Counted from the stretch's first letter, positions 40,297 to 51,117 are shown. The stretch is DNA of 64,000 nt from Bacteroidales bacterium (GCA_016281015.1 JAEEHS010000074.1:319-64318); one strand, 5' to 3'. Numbers and translations: made by a program. Notes: generated by a model from the sequence alone, not told the origin.

Positions 40297-41507
40297 GCGC
40301 CGAGACGCTTTTCCAGGCGCTCGCGGATGGCCTGGAGGAACTGCAGGGAGGTCAGGCCCTTCGGGGTGATTCCCTCGGAGAGGTTCACCAGGTCCTTGGT
40401 CTCCAGCCCCTCGTTCAGCGTATCGAAGCAGGCCTGCTCCAGCTGGTTGGCGTAGTTGACCAACTCAGGGAGCTGGTCCAGCTCACCCCGCTTGCGGAAG
40501 GCGCCGCTCCAGGCGAAGATGGTCGCCATCGGGTTGGTGGACGTCTCTTCTCCCTTGAGGTACTTGTAATAATGGCGGGTCACGGTACCATGGGCCGCCT
40601 CGTACTCATACTTGCCGTCCGGGGAAACCAGCACGGAAGTCATCATGGCCAGCGAACCGAAGGCCGTGGACACCATGTCGGACATCACATCGCCGTCGTA
40701 GTTCTTGCAGGCCCAGATGAATCCGCCCTCAGAACGCATCACACGGGCGACGGCATCGTCAATCAAGGTGTAGAAATACTCGATGCCCGCCTTCTCGAAG
40801 GCTTCCTTGTAGTCGGCCTCGTAGACCTCCTCGAAGATGGCCTTGAAACGGCCGTCATACTTCTTGGAGATGGTGTCCTTGGTGGCGAACCAGAGGTTCT
40901 GTTTCACATCCAGGGCAAACTTGAAGCAGGAATGGGCGAAGCTGCGGATGGAGTTGTCCGTATTGTGCATGCCTTCGATGACGCCGGGGCCCGCGAATTC
41001 ATGGATGATCATTTCCTCGCGCGCGCCGCTGACCCCTTCGAACACGAGTTTTGCGACACCGGGCTCATGGGTCTGGATTTCCACATCGCGGTACACGTCG
41101 CCATAGGCGTGGCGGGCGATGGTGATGGGCTTTTTCCAGAACTTGACGGCCGGATGGATGGAAGGGATGGTGATCGGCGTGCGGAACACGGTACCGTCGA
41201 GCATCGCGCGGATGGTTCCGTTCGGGCTCTTCCACATCTGGTGGAGGTTGTACTCGCTCATACGCTGGACATTCGGCGTAATGGTCGCACACTTGACAGC
41301 AACGCCCAGACGCTTGGTCGCATTGGCACTGTCGATGGTTACCTGGTCAGAAGTCTTGTCGCGGTTCGGCAGCCCCAGGTCATAATACTCAGTCTTCAGG
41401 TCCACAAACGGGAGGATTAGTTCATCCTTAATCATCTTCCACAGGATGCGGGTCATTTCGTCGCCGTCCATTTCGACCAGCGGCGTGGTCATTTTGATTT
41501 TTTTCAT
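40293..41507 (-). CDS. icd: NADP-dependent isocitrate dehydrogenase (homodimeric, eukaryote/clostridial-like type)
   Basis: [34 protein letters not shown] and [11 protein letters not shown] motifs. Confidence 0.97.
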   Translation of the reverse strand: MKKIKMTTPLVEMDGDEMTRILWKMIKDELILPFVDLKTEYYDLGLPNRDKTSDQVTIDSANATKRLGVAVKCATITPNVQRMSEYNLHQMWKSPNGTIRAMLDGTVFRTPITIPSIHPAVKFWKKPITIARHAYGDVYRDVEIQTHEPGVAKLVFEGVSGAREEMIIHEFAGPGVIEGMHNTDNSIRSFAHSCFKFALDVKQNLWFATKDTISKKYDGRFKAIFEEVYEADYKEAFEKAGIEYFYTLIDDAVARVMRSEGGFIWACKNYDGDVMSDMVSTAFGSLAMMTSVLVSPDGKYEYEAAHGTVTRHYYKYLKGEETSTNPMATIFAWSGAFRKRGELDQLPELVNYANQLEQACFDTLNEGLETKDLVNLSEGITPKGLTSLQFLQAIRERLEKRLGA

Positions 41508-41510
41508 CTG

Positions 41511-43748
41511 TTATTTATGGTTTTTGTAATAATTCATCAGACAACCGTCGGCAAGGATCTGCCGCTCGTCTTCGGTCAGGCCCCGGAAATACAGGGTAAG
41601 GGGGCAGCTGCGGCCGTCCCGGGTGATCACGCGGGCGTCAATCTGTTCCGCCCCGCTGAGGATGGCTTTCCGGATACCGGGAACAAAGACAAAATCACCC
41701 ACTTCATAATCGAAAGGCGTGTCCTTGTCCAGCGTGAAGGGAACGATGCCCCAGTTGATGCAGTTGCTGCGGTAACGCTTGGTAGCATATTCATAGCAGA
41801 GATTGGCATCGCCGCCGAGCACCTTCTGGCAGGAGGCAGCCTGTTCGCGGGCTGAGCCGTCGCCGGGCTTGTTGGCGAAGACACAGGAGCCGAAGGAAGT
41901 GCTCTCCGGGGTGGACCCGGCTACGGCAAGCGCCTTCCGGAGGTTCTCGGAGAGGACGCCGGAGCGGCGGTCGCGGTCCTCGGCCTGGATGCGTTTGCTG
42001 CGGCCCACATATTCAGGGACGCGGCGGCTGAGGGCGAATTCACTCAGCTTCAGCGGATTGGAACGGTAGCTGGAGGTCTCGCCCGAAGGAATCAGTTCAT
42101 CGGTGGTGGTCACGGGATCGTGAATGACCGCGGCGAGTTCCAGCAGCATGTTCTCCTGCATGGCCGGCATTTCGGGCCAGTCTTTGATATTGGGTCCATA
42201 GCGGAGTTCTACGGAGAGGTCCGCCTTGCCGAAACCATTGTAGACACGCTTCTCATAAATGCGTCCGTCGAACTCGTACGGCTTGTGGGTATCTTCGTAC
42301 GCGATGTCCGTCGCAGCGGTGATGACACCGCCGTTAGAGGCCGTAGCGGCAATGGAGCGGGCGTCCATCAGCGCCACCATGGAGATCTGTCCCTGGCCCG
42401 GCTTGGACCCTTCCCGGTTCGGGAAATTGCGGGTGGTATGGCGGATGCTGAAGCCATTGTTGGACGGCACGTCGCCGGCGCCGAAGCAGGGGCCGCAGAA
42501 GGCGGGCTTGATCACCACACCGGCTTCCAGGAGTTCTTCCGCGATATGGGAACGGGTCGTGGCGAGATACACGGGCGTACTCTGCGGATAGGCGCTCATC
42601 GTGAAATAATCATTGCCGATGGACTTGCCCTTCAGGATGGTCGCCGCCTCGCTGAGGTTGTCGTAGGTTCCCCCGGAACAGCCGGCGATGATGCCCTGGT
42701 CGGCATAGACCTTTCCATCCCGGATCTTGGAGACCAGGTCGGGATGGACCTTGTCGCCAAAACGCTTCCTGGTGTCTTCCTCGACGGCCTTCAGGACCTT
42801 GTACGGATCTGCCTGGAGTTCGTGGATGGACACGGCGTTCGACGGATGGTACGGGAGGGCGATCATGGACTCCTGACTGCTCAGGTCAATCTTGACCACG
42901 GCATCGTACCAGGCAATCTGGCCGGGCTTCAGCTCTTTGTATGCCTCGGGACGGCCATGCATCTCAAAGTACTTCTTCACTTCAGCGTCCGTCACCCAGA
43001 TGGAGGAGAGGCAGGTCGTCTCGGTCGTCATGACATCGATGCCATTGCGGAAGTCGATAGGGAGTTCCTTCACGCCGGGGCCCGCGAATTCCAGGACCTT
43101 GTTCTTCACGAAGCCGCTCTCAAACACGGCTTTCACCAGGCTGATGGCCACATCGTGGGGACCGATGCCCCGCCGGGGCTTTCCTTCCAGCCAGACCAGG
43201 ACCACTTCGGGCGCGCTGATATCCCAGGTGTTCTCCAGCAGCTGTTTCACCAGTTCACCGCCGCCTTCGCCGACACCCATATTCCCCAGCGAGCCGTAAC
43301 GGGTGTGCGAGTCGGAACCCAGAATCATGTTGCCGCAGGCCGTGAGGGCCTCACGGGCATACTGGTGGATGACCGCCTGGTTGGCCGGAACATAGATACC
43401 GCCGTATTTTTTCGCCGCCGACAGGCCGAAGACATGGTCGTCCTCGTTGATGGTGCCGCCGACCGCACAGAGGGAATTGTGGCAGTTGGTCATGGCATAG
43501 GGAAGCGGGAAGGTTTTCAGACCGCTGGCACGGGCCGTCTGGATAATGCCGACATAGGTGATGTCGTGGGAGACCATGGCATCGAAGCGGATGCGCATCT
43601 GGGGGCCCTTGCCTCCATCCACGTCATGCTTACGCAGGATGCCGTAGGTGATGGTGTTCTCGCGGGCCTCGTCCTTGGAAAGGGGCGAGGTGGTCGCGAA
43701 CGTTTTTCCATCCAGGAGAAAAACTCCTTCAGGGTGCAGTGTAATCAT
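41511..43748 (-). CDS. Aconitase-family hydratase (YbhJ/clostridial type), probable aconitate hydratase
   Basis: CHNSLC, DSHTR, AGCSGG, FCGPCFG ([4Fe-4S] Cys), RNFPNREG and TTTDELIPSG motifs; directly upstream of icd. Confidence 0.88.
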   Translation of the reverse strand: MITLHPEGVFLLDGKTFATTSPLSKDEARENTITYGILRKHDVDGGKGPQMRIRFDAMVSHDITYVGIIQTARASGLKTFPLPYAMTNCHNSLCAVGGTINEDDHVFGLSAAKKYGGIYVPANQAVIHQYAREALTACGNMILGSDSHTRYGSLGNMGVGEGGGELVKQLLENTWDISAPEVVLVWLEGKPRRGIGPHDVAISLVKAVFESGFVKNKVLEFAGPGVKELPIDFRNGIDVMTTETTCLSSIWVTDAEVKKYFEMHGRPEAYKELKPGQIAWYDAVVKIDLSSQESMIALPYHPSNAVSIHELQADPYKVLKAVEEDTRKRFGDKVHPDLVSKIRDGKVYADQGIIAGCSGGTYDNLSEAATILKGKSIGNDYFTMSAYPQSTPVYLATTRSHIAEELLEAGVVIKPAFCGPCFGAGDVPSNNGFSIRHTTRNFPNREGSKPGQGQISMVALMDARSIAATASNGGVITAATDIAYEDTHKPYEFDGRIYEKRVYNGFGKADLSVELRYGPNIKDWPEMPAMQENMLLELAAVIHDPVTTTDELIPSGETSSYRSNPLKLSEFALSRRVPEYVGRSKRIQAEDRDRRSGVLSENLRKALAVAGSTPESTSFGSCVFANKPGDGSAREQAASCQKVLGGDANLCYEYATKRYRSNCINWGIVPFTLDKDTPFDYEVGDFVFVPGIRKAILSGAEQIDARVITRDGRSCPLTLYFRGLTEDERQILADGCLMNYYKNHK

Positions 43749-45430
43749 AATATTGAATCAATAAATATCGTCAATGCAAGCATGTCTGCCGCGCCGCCGG
43801 GAGAGATTCCCTCCCGGGCATAGCGGATGCAGAGTTGCTTCAATCCTTCTTCCGAGTAGTTGTCCAGCAGGGCGGCGGCCTCCTCCCGGACGCGCTGTGC
43901 CCGGACAGCTCCCACCCGGTGCAGGACGCAGGTATCCTCCAGGGTAGACATGATCCGGAGCAGGGTACGCTGGGGCGAACGGGTCTGCCGGTACAGCGGC
44001 AGCCAGTCCCGGAAAAGCGGCGCGTAAGCCTCGGCAGCCAGGGCCCTGGCCCCATGAAGGTTTTCGAGCGTGAAATGTAATTCGCTGTCACTGAATTGTT
44101 TACGCAAAACAACCTCTGCGATTTGACGTACGTTGTTTTGCATAACGTCCTCAGAATGAAGCGTTTCCATTTCACGCCCACCGGCAGCGGCAAGTGCAAT
44201 GCCGAGGCAGAAGATGGCGCCCCGGTGGGTATTCACCCCGAGCGTCGCGGACAGCATCTCCTTTTCGGCCGCCAAGCCGAGGTCCACGAGCTGCTCCGCC
44301 GTCTCAGCACAGGCCATGCGAGACAGATAGGGGCGGATGGCCGCAATCCCCCGCTGCATCAGGCCGTAGTCCATGTCGTGATGGGCACCGGAAGAATCCG
44401 GACCGACCAGGCCGGGCTTGAGAGGCGTGTCCAGCTCCATGCGAAGGGCGCGTACGGCAAGGGCTGACAGCAGGTAAGGATGGACGCTCCCGGGAGTCAG
44501 GCGGGCGGCGTCGGCGAAATGTCCCTCCAAGAGGGCACGGCGGACGCGGGAGGCACTCACCACAACCCCGTCCAGGCGAAGGCGCGGGACAACGACGGTC
44601 GAGATGCCAAAGGAGGGCAGCATCTGCGCCATCAGGCTGTTGTAACGGGAGGTAAGGGCATCTTCGGGCTCTTCCCCCACAAAACGGACGCTGACCCCAA
44701 GCGCGGGCGCAATCTGCCGCGCAAAAAGGTCGATATCCAGTTGCATCTGCGTCTCGGATGCTTCTGAAAGGTCTTTGAGGAAATAGGTCGGGAATGTCGC
44801 CGCGGAAATCTGGTAAGCGGATCCCTCGGCCAGCACCACCCCGGGAACGGCTTCCAGCATGGAGCGGCGTTCGGCATAAGGAAAGAAGGAAACATCCTCC
44901 TTTACTGGCAGCACAAAAAGCGTATCTACCTGTTTCAAAGCCACTTCCAGCAGATGCCGGTGACCCAGGGTAAAGGGATTGGCATTCATCACCACGACCC
45001 CGCAGACGCCTTTTCGGGGCAGTGCGGCCAGATAGCGGACATATGCTTCCAGTCCCCCGCCGTTTTCCAGCAGGATGGCCTTCGGGGCCTCGGCAAGCAA
45101 ATGGAAACCCAGGCTCTCGAACACCGTGCGGTACTCCGGTTTCGTGAACACTTTCAGGTTCCGTCCCCCCTGGAGGCCGATGATGTGCGAAATCAGCGGT
45201 GCCATCAATCCCTCACTGCGATGCTCCTCAGCCACGGCGACACACTTGATGACGTCACCCTTGATGCCGGCTCCGGACAGGATGGCCCCCTCTCCGTCCG
45301 TCACCACAAAATACGAATCAACTTCCTCAAAGGCAAGGGCATTGTCCCCGAGGAAGCGTTCCACCTGTGCGCGGAAAAAAGGAGTGCCCAACGGCATCTC
45401 CGCTATGTGATAATCCTTATACTGTTCCAT
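43745..45430 (-). CDS. citC/citG: Fused citrate lyase ligase (CitC) / triphosphoribosyl-dephospho-CoA synthase (CitG)
   Basis: CitC half: IKCVAV, VMNANPFTLGH, ISAATFPTYF, RFVGEEP, SASRVR. CitG half: PLKPGLV..GAHHDM, NTHRGAIF, SPGGAADMLA. Start is uncertain (45430-45472). Confidence 0.88.
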   Translation of the reverse strand: MEQYKDYHIAEMPLGTPFFRAQVERFLGDNALAFEEVDSYFVVTDGEGAILSGAGIKGDVIKCVAVAEEHRSEGLMAPLISHIIGLQGGRNLKVFTKPEYRTVFESLGFHLLAEAPKAILLENGGGLEAYVRYLAALPRKGVCGVVVMNANPFTLGHRHLLEVALKQVDTLFVLPVKEDVSFFPYAERRSMLEAVPGVVLAEGSAYQISAATFPTYFLKDLSEASETQMQLDIDLFARQIAPALGVSVRFVGEEPEDALTSRYNSLMAQMLPSFGISTVVVPRLRLDGVVVSASRVRRALLEGHFADAARLTPGSVHPYLLSALAVRALRMELDTPLKPGLVGPDSSGAHHDMDYGLMQRGIAAIRPYLSRMACAETAEQLVDLGLAAEKEMLSATLGVNTHRGAIFCLGIALAAAGGREMETLHSEDVMQNNVRQIAEVVLRKQFSDSELHFTLENLHGARALAAEAYAPLFRDWLPLYRQTRSPQRTLLRIMSTLEDTCVLHRVGAVRAQRVREEAAALLDNYSEEGLKQLCIRYAREGISPGGAADMLALTIFIDSIL

Positions 45431-45522
45431 CCCTTCAGCAAGCATTCCAATACTCCCGGTTCCGCCTGCCATGGAATCACGATGCGAATGTACGGATTTA
45501 TTATCGATTAGGCAAGATTTCC

Positions 45523-46023
45523 TTACAATTTTGTATAATTCTCCACCCTTCGATGGATTTCCCGCAGGAGTTCTTCCCGGGAATGCGTCTGGCTGCGCAT
45601 GCAAAGACGGACTTCCCGCTCACACAGCAGGCAGCGCCGGGGCTCCTCCCCCACCTCCTGCCGGGAAACCGGAATCCCGTCCTGACCGAAGACGTCCATG
45701 TCCATCAGGCGGCCCAGCGGGTGGGCCGCTTCGATCGCGCAACAGTTCTGCTTGACCAGCCGCTCGGGAAGGGGCAGCAGCAGATAAGCCTCATAGCCTG
45801 TCGGCAGGTCCCGGACCTGGACATGGCGGAGGACGCTGCCGAAACGGTCCAGCAGCGCAGCCAATCCGGCGCCGCCGATCAGCAGTGAATCGGCACTGCG
45901 TTTGATCTCCCCGGGAAGCTGGACTGTCAGGCAGACCAGGCTGCAGCCAGGATAGGCGGCGAGCAGTTTGCGCTGCAACGCCGCCCTTTCATCCCGGCTT
46001 CTGAGAAGCTCTTCCAGCGTCAT
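45523..46023 (-). CDS. citX: Apo-citrate lyase phosphoribosyl-dephospho-CoA transferase
   Basis: LEELLRSRDER, PGEIK, TGYE, HPLGRLMDMDV and RRCLLC..CMRSQTH motifs. Confidence 0.92.
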   Translation of the reverse strand: MTLEELLRSRDERAALQRKLLAAYPGCSLVCLTVQLPGEIKRSADSLLIGGAGLAALLDRFGSVLRHVQVRDLPTGYEAYLLLPLPERLVKQNCCAIEAAHPLGRLMDMDVFGQDGIPVSRQEVGEEPRRCLLCEREVRLCMRSQTHSREELLREIHRRVENYTKL

Positions 46024-47438
46024 TGAATGTTGTAGATCTTGTCCAGAACGGAGCCGTCCCGGTTCATGACGATACCGACGACCTTGTCACCGAACGGAAG
46101 CGGCTCCGGCGTCCCGATAATCGAGGAAGCCTTTTCGGCCAACGACTTGATGTCCACGACTCTCAGACCCGCAGCCTGCAGTCTTTCTGCAATTTCAGGA
46201 CGGGCGGGATTGACTGCGATGCCATACTCGGTCACCACGACATCCACGCTCTTTCCGGGGGTGATGAGGGTCGTGACCTTCGGGACTACGCAGGGAATGC
46301 GGCCGCGCAGGAGCGGGCATACGATGATACTCAGCGCACTGTCCGCCGCCGTATCCTGGTGGCCGCCGATGGCACCGCGGATGATGCCGTCCGAACCGAC
46401 GAGCACATTGACATTGAAGTCCACATCCACCTCCAGGGCACTCAGGATCACGATATCAAGGGCGTGCGTCGCACTCCCGAGGTGCTGTCCGCTGGCATAT
46501 TCCACCGCAGACACCTCCTGATGCGTGGGATCATTCTTCAGAGATTCGGCCGCCACCTTGTCAAAGGACTGGACATCCACCAGGCGTCCGATCAGCCCCT
46601 CTTCATGGAGTTTGACCATGTGGGCCGTGATGCCGCCAAGGGCGAACGACGCCTTGATACCCTGCTGCAGCATCTGCTCCCGGATGTATTTGACCACCGC
46701 CAGCGAGGCGCCGCCGGTACCGGTCTGGATGCTGAAGCCATCCTCGAAGTAACCCGAATTAATCACCACTTTGGCAGCCTGTTTTGCCAGCAGGATATCG
46801 CGGGGATTCTTGGAGTCCCGGATGGCGCCGGCAGAAATCTTGGAACTGTCACCGACGCTGTCCACAACCACCACCGACTCAACGTCCGCAGCCGAAATGG
46901 ACATGGGCATGTTCGGATAGGCGACGAGGTCGTCCGTAATGACCACCACATGGGCAGCATAACGGGCGTCCGGCAGGGCATAACCGAGGGATCCGCAGAT
47001 GGACTTGGCACAATCGCTGCGCGAATAGCCGCAGGCGTTACCGAGTTCGTCCGAAGACGAAGCGCCGAGGAAGGCGACATCAATCTTCAGCTCCCCGCTG
47101 GCGATGGCACTTCCCCGCCCGCCGTGGCTGCGGAAAACAACCGGCTGCTCCATCAGTCCGCGGGAGATGGCGTCGGCCAGCTCACCCCGCAATCCGGAAG
47201 TGGAAATACGGCTAATCACCCCATTCTTAATATGTTCGATCAGGGGCTTATGGACATCCGACAGGCTGGACGCCGCCAGATGAAGGTCCTTGAATCCCAT
47301 CCGGGACAGACAGTCCACCACCAGGTTGACCACTTTGTCACCGCCACGGAAATGGTGGTGGAAGCTGATGGTCATCCCGTCACGGAGGCCGCTGCGGCGG
47401 ATGGCCTCTTCCAGGGTCGTAAGTTTACTGTTTCTCAT
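46020..47438 (-). CDS. citF: Citrate lyase alpha subunit (citrate:acetyl-ACP transferase)
   Basis: GLRDGMTISFHHHFRGGD, RSHGGR, QTGTGG and GAIGGHQDTA motifs. Confidence 0.96.
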   Translation of the reverse strand: MRNSKLTTLEEAIRRSGLRDGMTISFHHHFRGGDKVVNLVVDCLSRMGFKDLHLAASSLSDVHKPLIEHIKNGVISRISTSGLRGELADAISRGLMEQPVVFRSHGGRGSAIASGELKIDVAFLGASSSDELGNACGYSRSDCAKSICGSLGYALPDARYAAHVVVITDDLVAYPNMPMSISAADVESVVVVDSVGDSSKISAGAIRDSKNPRDILLAKQAAKVVINSGYFEDGFSIQTGTGGASLAVVKYIREQMLQQGIKASFALGGITAHMVKLHEEGLIGRLVDVQSFDKVAAESLKNDPTHQEVSAVEYASGQHLGSATHALDIVILSALEVDVDFNVNVLVGSDGIIRGAIGGHQDTAADSALSIIVCPLLRGRIPCVVPKVTTLITPGKSVDVVVTEYGIAVNPARPEIAERLQAAGLRVVDIKSLAEKASSIIGTPEPLPFGDKVVGIVMNRDGSVLDKIYNIQ

Positions 47439-48325
47439 TGCAGGTCCTCCTTCGTCAGTACGCCGGCGGCAAGGGCCAGCGCAATCGTTCTTTCCGCACG
47501 GATCACCACCGGACGGTCCACCATCTTGCCGTTCACGGCAATCACGCCGGAGCCCTTCGCCTGCGCCTCCTTGATGGCGGCGAGGATGGTCCGGGCCTTG
47601 AGGATTTCCTTCTCCTTCGGCGTGAACACTTCATTGACAATCTCGATCTGACGGGGGTTGATGATGGATTTCCCGTCAAAACCGAGCGTTTTGATCAGTT
47701 CGACCTCGCTGCGGAAAGTCTCCATGTCATCCAGGTTCGAATAGACCGTGTCAAAGCAGCAGATTCCGGCAGCACGGGCGGCAACGACAATCGTTTCCCG
47801 GGCCAGCAGGAGCTCCGCGCCCGAAGCGCTGCGTTGCGTCTTCAGATTCGCCGTATAGTCTTCTGCGCCGAGGGCGATGCCCATCATCCGGCTGGAGGCT
47901 GTCGCGATGGCATGGGCATTGACAATACCGAGCGCACTCTCGATGGCCGCCATGATGCGGGTCCGGCCGACGCAGCCGAGTTCGGTCTCCACCTTTACGA
48001 TTTCCGCCTCCAGTTCCCGGACCTCGTCCGCCGTTTCGGTCTTCGGCATGCGGATGACATCCACGCCGGCCTTGACGACCGCCTCAACGTCCTTCCGCCC
48101 GTAAGGCGTGGACAGCGGATTGATGCGGACGACCATTTCCGTATCGCCATAATCGATGGATTTCAAGGCATTGTACACCAGCAGGCGCGCCGCATCCTTC
48201 TCGGCCATGGTCACGGAATCTTCCAGGTCGAGCATGATGCAGTCCGGCCCATAGATATGGGCATCCTGCATCATTCCGGGATTGTTGCCCGGAACGAACA
48301 TCATCGTTCTTCTCAGTCTTTCCAT
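47435..48325 (-). CDS. citE: Citrate lyase beta subunit (citryl-ACP lyase)
   Basis: [28 protein letters not shown] and [12 protein letters not shown] motifs. Confidence 0.95.
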   Translation of the reverse strand: MERLRRTMMFVPGNNPGMMQDAHIYGPDCIMLDLEDSVTMAEKDAARLLVYNALKSIDYGDTEMVVRINPLSTPYGRKDVEAVVKAGVDVIRMPKTETADEVRELEAEIVKVETELGCVGRTRIMAAIESALGIVNAHAIATASSRMMGIALGAEDYTANLKTQRSASGAELLLARETIVVAARAAGICCFDTVYSNLDDMETFRSEVELIKTLGFDGKSIINPRQIEIVNEVFTPKEKEILKARTILAAIKEAQAKGSGVIAVNGKMVDRPVVIRAERTIALALAAGVLTKEDLQ

Positions 48326-48588
48326 ACGTCTTTTCCACTTGCGCGGACGGCTGCCGCAGTTACCCGGGCGCGGATCGTGCAATCGAGCGCCCCCTTGTCC
48401 ACGACCCTGACGGTCGCATTCTCTACGCCGAGCCCCTCCAGCGTCTCCCGGATGACCGCACGGATCCGGCGGCCGAACTGGGCCTCGACGCTCGACTGCA
48501 GTTCCACCTGCAATCCCTCACCGGGACCGATTCTCACCAGCATGTCCCCGGATTCGAGGGTGCCGGCCACAGCTTCTTTCAATTCCAT
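48313..48588 (-). CDS. citD: Citrate lyase acyl carrier protein (gamma subunit)
   Basis: AGTLESGD (prosthetic-group Ser) and [12 protein letters not shown] motifs. Confidence 0.95.
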   Translation of the reverse strand: MELKEAVAGTLESGDMLVRIGPGEGLQVELQSSVEAQFGRRIRAVIRETLEGLGVENATVRVVDKGALDCTIRARVTAAAVRASGKDVWKD

Positions 48589-48594
48589 AACTTT

Positions 48595-50070
48595 CTATGC
48601 TTGTTTATGTGCATCTCTGAGGAGGTCCAGGACCGTCTTGACCGGATTAAAGGTCTCCACGGGCACCTCCACGAATACGGTATTCCAATTCGACATCGCG
48701 CCGTTCCACAGTCCCGGAAGTTCGAGGGCCTTCAGTTCGCGTCCTTCAAAGCTCTTCGAGCTGATGAAACCGGCGTCCGGATCGACATACTTTGTCAGGT
48801 CGAAGCGCTCGCCCTTGTAATTGCGCAGGCAGCAGACGAGGTCCACCGGGTTGAAATGCGTGGCCCGGGCCATGGCGCCCTTCGCACCGGGATCCTCCGG
48901 ATTGATCTGGACCGACTCCAGGATCTGGAGCGAGGTACAGCCATCCTTTCCGGCGATGATATACGGCCCTCCGCCCGGTTCCCCCTCATTCCGGACCATG
49001 CCGCAGACACGGACCGGACGGTTCAGTTTCTCCCGGAGCATCTCCACCCGCTCCTCCCGGCTGCGGGCCAGGGGCAGCTGGATGCAGAGCACGCGGTCGA
49101 GATAATCCTCGATTTCGTTGCAGCAGGCCACGGACGGATCCGCCTCCAGTTCGTCCAGGTACTGGAAAATCTGGTCCCGGACCATCAGGGCACTGCCCAG
49201 CAGAATCTCCTTGTAACGGGCCGTCACCGGGAGCAGTTTCTCCGCGGAGACATTGTCGATGTTCTTGATGGACACCAGTTCTTCTTCCACCTGGTTCAGA
49301 TTGTAGATCAAGGCGCCATGGCCGGCAGGGCGGAACAGCAGGGAGCCGTCCCCCTTGCGGAAAGGTTTGTTGCGCGGATCCACGGCGATGGTGTCGGTAG
49401 CGGGGTCCTGGACCTGGAAACGGATGTCATAGCGGACGCCATAACGCGCCTCGAACTTCTCCCGGACTTCGGAAATGGCCGCCTCAAACAGCGGGCGGTG
49501 CTCCGGCGAGATGGTAATGGTCAGATGGCAGAGGTCGTCTTCGTCTTTCATATAGGTCGCCGCCTCGACCAGGTGCTCCGCAATCGCGGTGCGGATTTCA
49601 TCGGCATAACGGTGGAAACGCAGCACGCCTTTGGGCTTGGCGCCATAGCCGAGTCCCTTGTCGGTCAGGAGCTTCTCCAAAATGTCTTTCGCCTCATCGC
49701 CCGGAGCAAAAACCCCCGCGTCGTAAAAGGCAAATTCCCGGATGTGCTCCACCAGGCGCGCAGCGGGTGCAGGGAGCGGCTTCCCTTCCTCCAGGGCATG
49801 GAGCCCGGCGAACATATCCTTGAACATACGGGAGGCCGCACCCGAGGCGGGTACGAACTTGCAGCGGCCGTCCACCCGGGCGCTCCGGTAGTAATCCACG
49901 CACTCCTGGGCACTTTTCTCACTGAGGACGAGGATGCCACGCTCCGGAGTGGCCGGGCCGACGATTTTCATCCATGGAAAGCCTTTGCTGAGAGTGGCTA
50001 TCTGCTGTTCGACTTGCCGGACGCTGGAACCTCGCCCTTCAATCTGGCGGATGTCATTCTGTGTAAACAT
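48595..50070 (-). CDS. DUF4301 family protein
   Basis: KFVPASGAASRMFK, FRPAGHGALI, KNIDNV, EPGGGP, THFNPVD and LELPGLWNG motifs. Confidence 0.9.
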   Translation of the reverse strand: MFTQNDIRQIEGRGSSVRQVEQQIATLSKGFPWMKIVGPATPERGILVLSEKSAQECVDYYRSARVDGRCKFVPASGAASRMFKDMFAGLHALEEGKPLPAPAARLVEHIREFAFYDAGVFAPGDEAKDILEKLLTDKGLGYGAKPKGVLRFHRYADEIRTAIAEHLVEAATYMKDEDDLCHLTITISPEHRPLFEAAISEVREKFEARYGVRYDIRFQVQDPATDTIAVDPRNKPFRKGDGSLLFRPAGHGALIYNLNQVEEELVSIKNIDNVSAEKLLPVTARYKEILLGSALMVRDQIFQYLDELEADPSVACCNEIEDYLDRVLCIQLPLARSREERVEMLREKLNRPVRVCGMVRNEGEPGGGPYIIAGKDGCTSLQILESVQINPEDPGAKGAMARATHFNPVDLVCCLRNYKGERFDLTKYVDPDAGFISSKSFEGRELKALELPGLWNGAMSNWNTVFVEVPVETFNPVKTVLDLLRDAHKQA

Positions 50071-50076
50071 AGGTTA

Positions 50077-51117
50077 TCAGTCAATATAGAATTCTCTGCG
50101 GTAACGGTATTCGCTGCGGAGCCGCTCAAAACTGAGCGGATCGCTGCGGAAGAAGAAGTCGTCTGTGAAAATAGGATAATTATACTGGATCAGGGCCGTA
50201 ATCTCTCCCTGGGACTTGCCGGCGACAGCCAGATGGATCGGTTCCAGGTCTTCGCTTTCCGTCTCCGGGAAATAACTCTCCAGGGCGTCGATCCCGAAGT
50301 GGCGGGCGACGGAACGCACGGCCATGGCCGTTCCCATCTGCTTCCCCTGGTAGGAATAGCCGGCGATATGGGGCGTCGCAACATCGCAGACGTCCATCAG
50401 GTTCTGGTTCACGTCCGGTTCATTGCACCAGGTGTCGATGACCACGGCACCGAGTTTCGGACGGGCCCTGAGGAGAGCGGCCTCATCGACCACTTCCCCG
50501 CGGGAAGCATTGATGAAAATGGTCCCGGGGGCGATTTTCTGGAAGAACTCCTCGTCCGCCATGATCCGCGTCGAGTCGTCCAGGGGCGTATGCATCGTCA
50601 CCACCTGCGAATTGTCCAGCAAAAAGTCCATGCTGCAGAAAGCGTCGGAGCCCTCCCGCTGTGCGCGGGGCGGGTCACAGAGAAGCACCTGGAAACCCAG
50701 CTTCCGGGCGGCCTCCGCCACCCGTTCTCCGACATGGCCCACGCCGACGATGCCGATGGTCGTCCCCTCGAGCCGGATGGCCCGGCGGGAAGCGACCCCA
50801 TACAGGGCAGACAGGACATAATTCATGACGCCGCCGGCATTGCAGCCTTCGGCATTATAGACCGCGATGCCTTTTTCCCGGCACCAGGGGAGGTCTACAT
50901 GATCCATCCCGATGGTCGCCGTAGCGATCACCTGTACGCGCGTTCCCTCCAGCAGGGCCGCGTCACAACGGGTCCGCGTCCGCGTAATCAGCACATCCGC
51001 GTCCAGGCAGTCCTCCCGCACAATGGCACGTCCCTCCTTGTAAACCACTTCCCCATAGGGTTCGAACACTCCTTTCAGAAAGGGAATATTCGTATCTGCG
51101 ACAATCTTCATGTCCAT
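50077..51117 (-). CDS. pdxB: 4-phosphoerythronate dehydrogenase
   Basis: IVADTNIP, RTRTRC, ATIGMDH, GVGHVG, NASRGEV and TPHIAGYS motifs. Confidence 0.93.
   Translation of the reverse strand: MDMKIVADTNIPFLKGVFEPYGEVVYKEGRAIVREDCLDADVLITRTRTRCDAALLEGTRVQVIATATIGMDHVDLPWCREKGIAVYNAEGCNAGGVMNYVLSALYGVASRRAIRLEGTTIGIVGVGHVGERVAEAARKLGFQVLLCDPPRAQREGSDAFCSMDFLLDNSQVVTMHTPLDDSTRIMADEEFFQKIAPGTIFINASRGEVVDEAALLRARPKLGAVVIDTWCNEPDVNQNLMDVCDVATPHIAGYSYQGKQMGTAMAVRSVARHFGIDALESYFPETESEDLEPIHLAVAGKSQGEITALIQYNYPIFTDDFFFRSDPLSFERLRSEYRYRREFYID

Noticed and set aside
42120-48820. Long plus-strand ORFs opposite aconitase, citF and citE (567, 542 and 460 aa)
   Set aside because: Antisense shadows of clearly identified enzymes.
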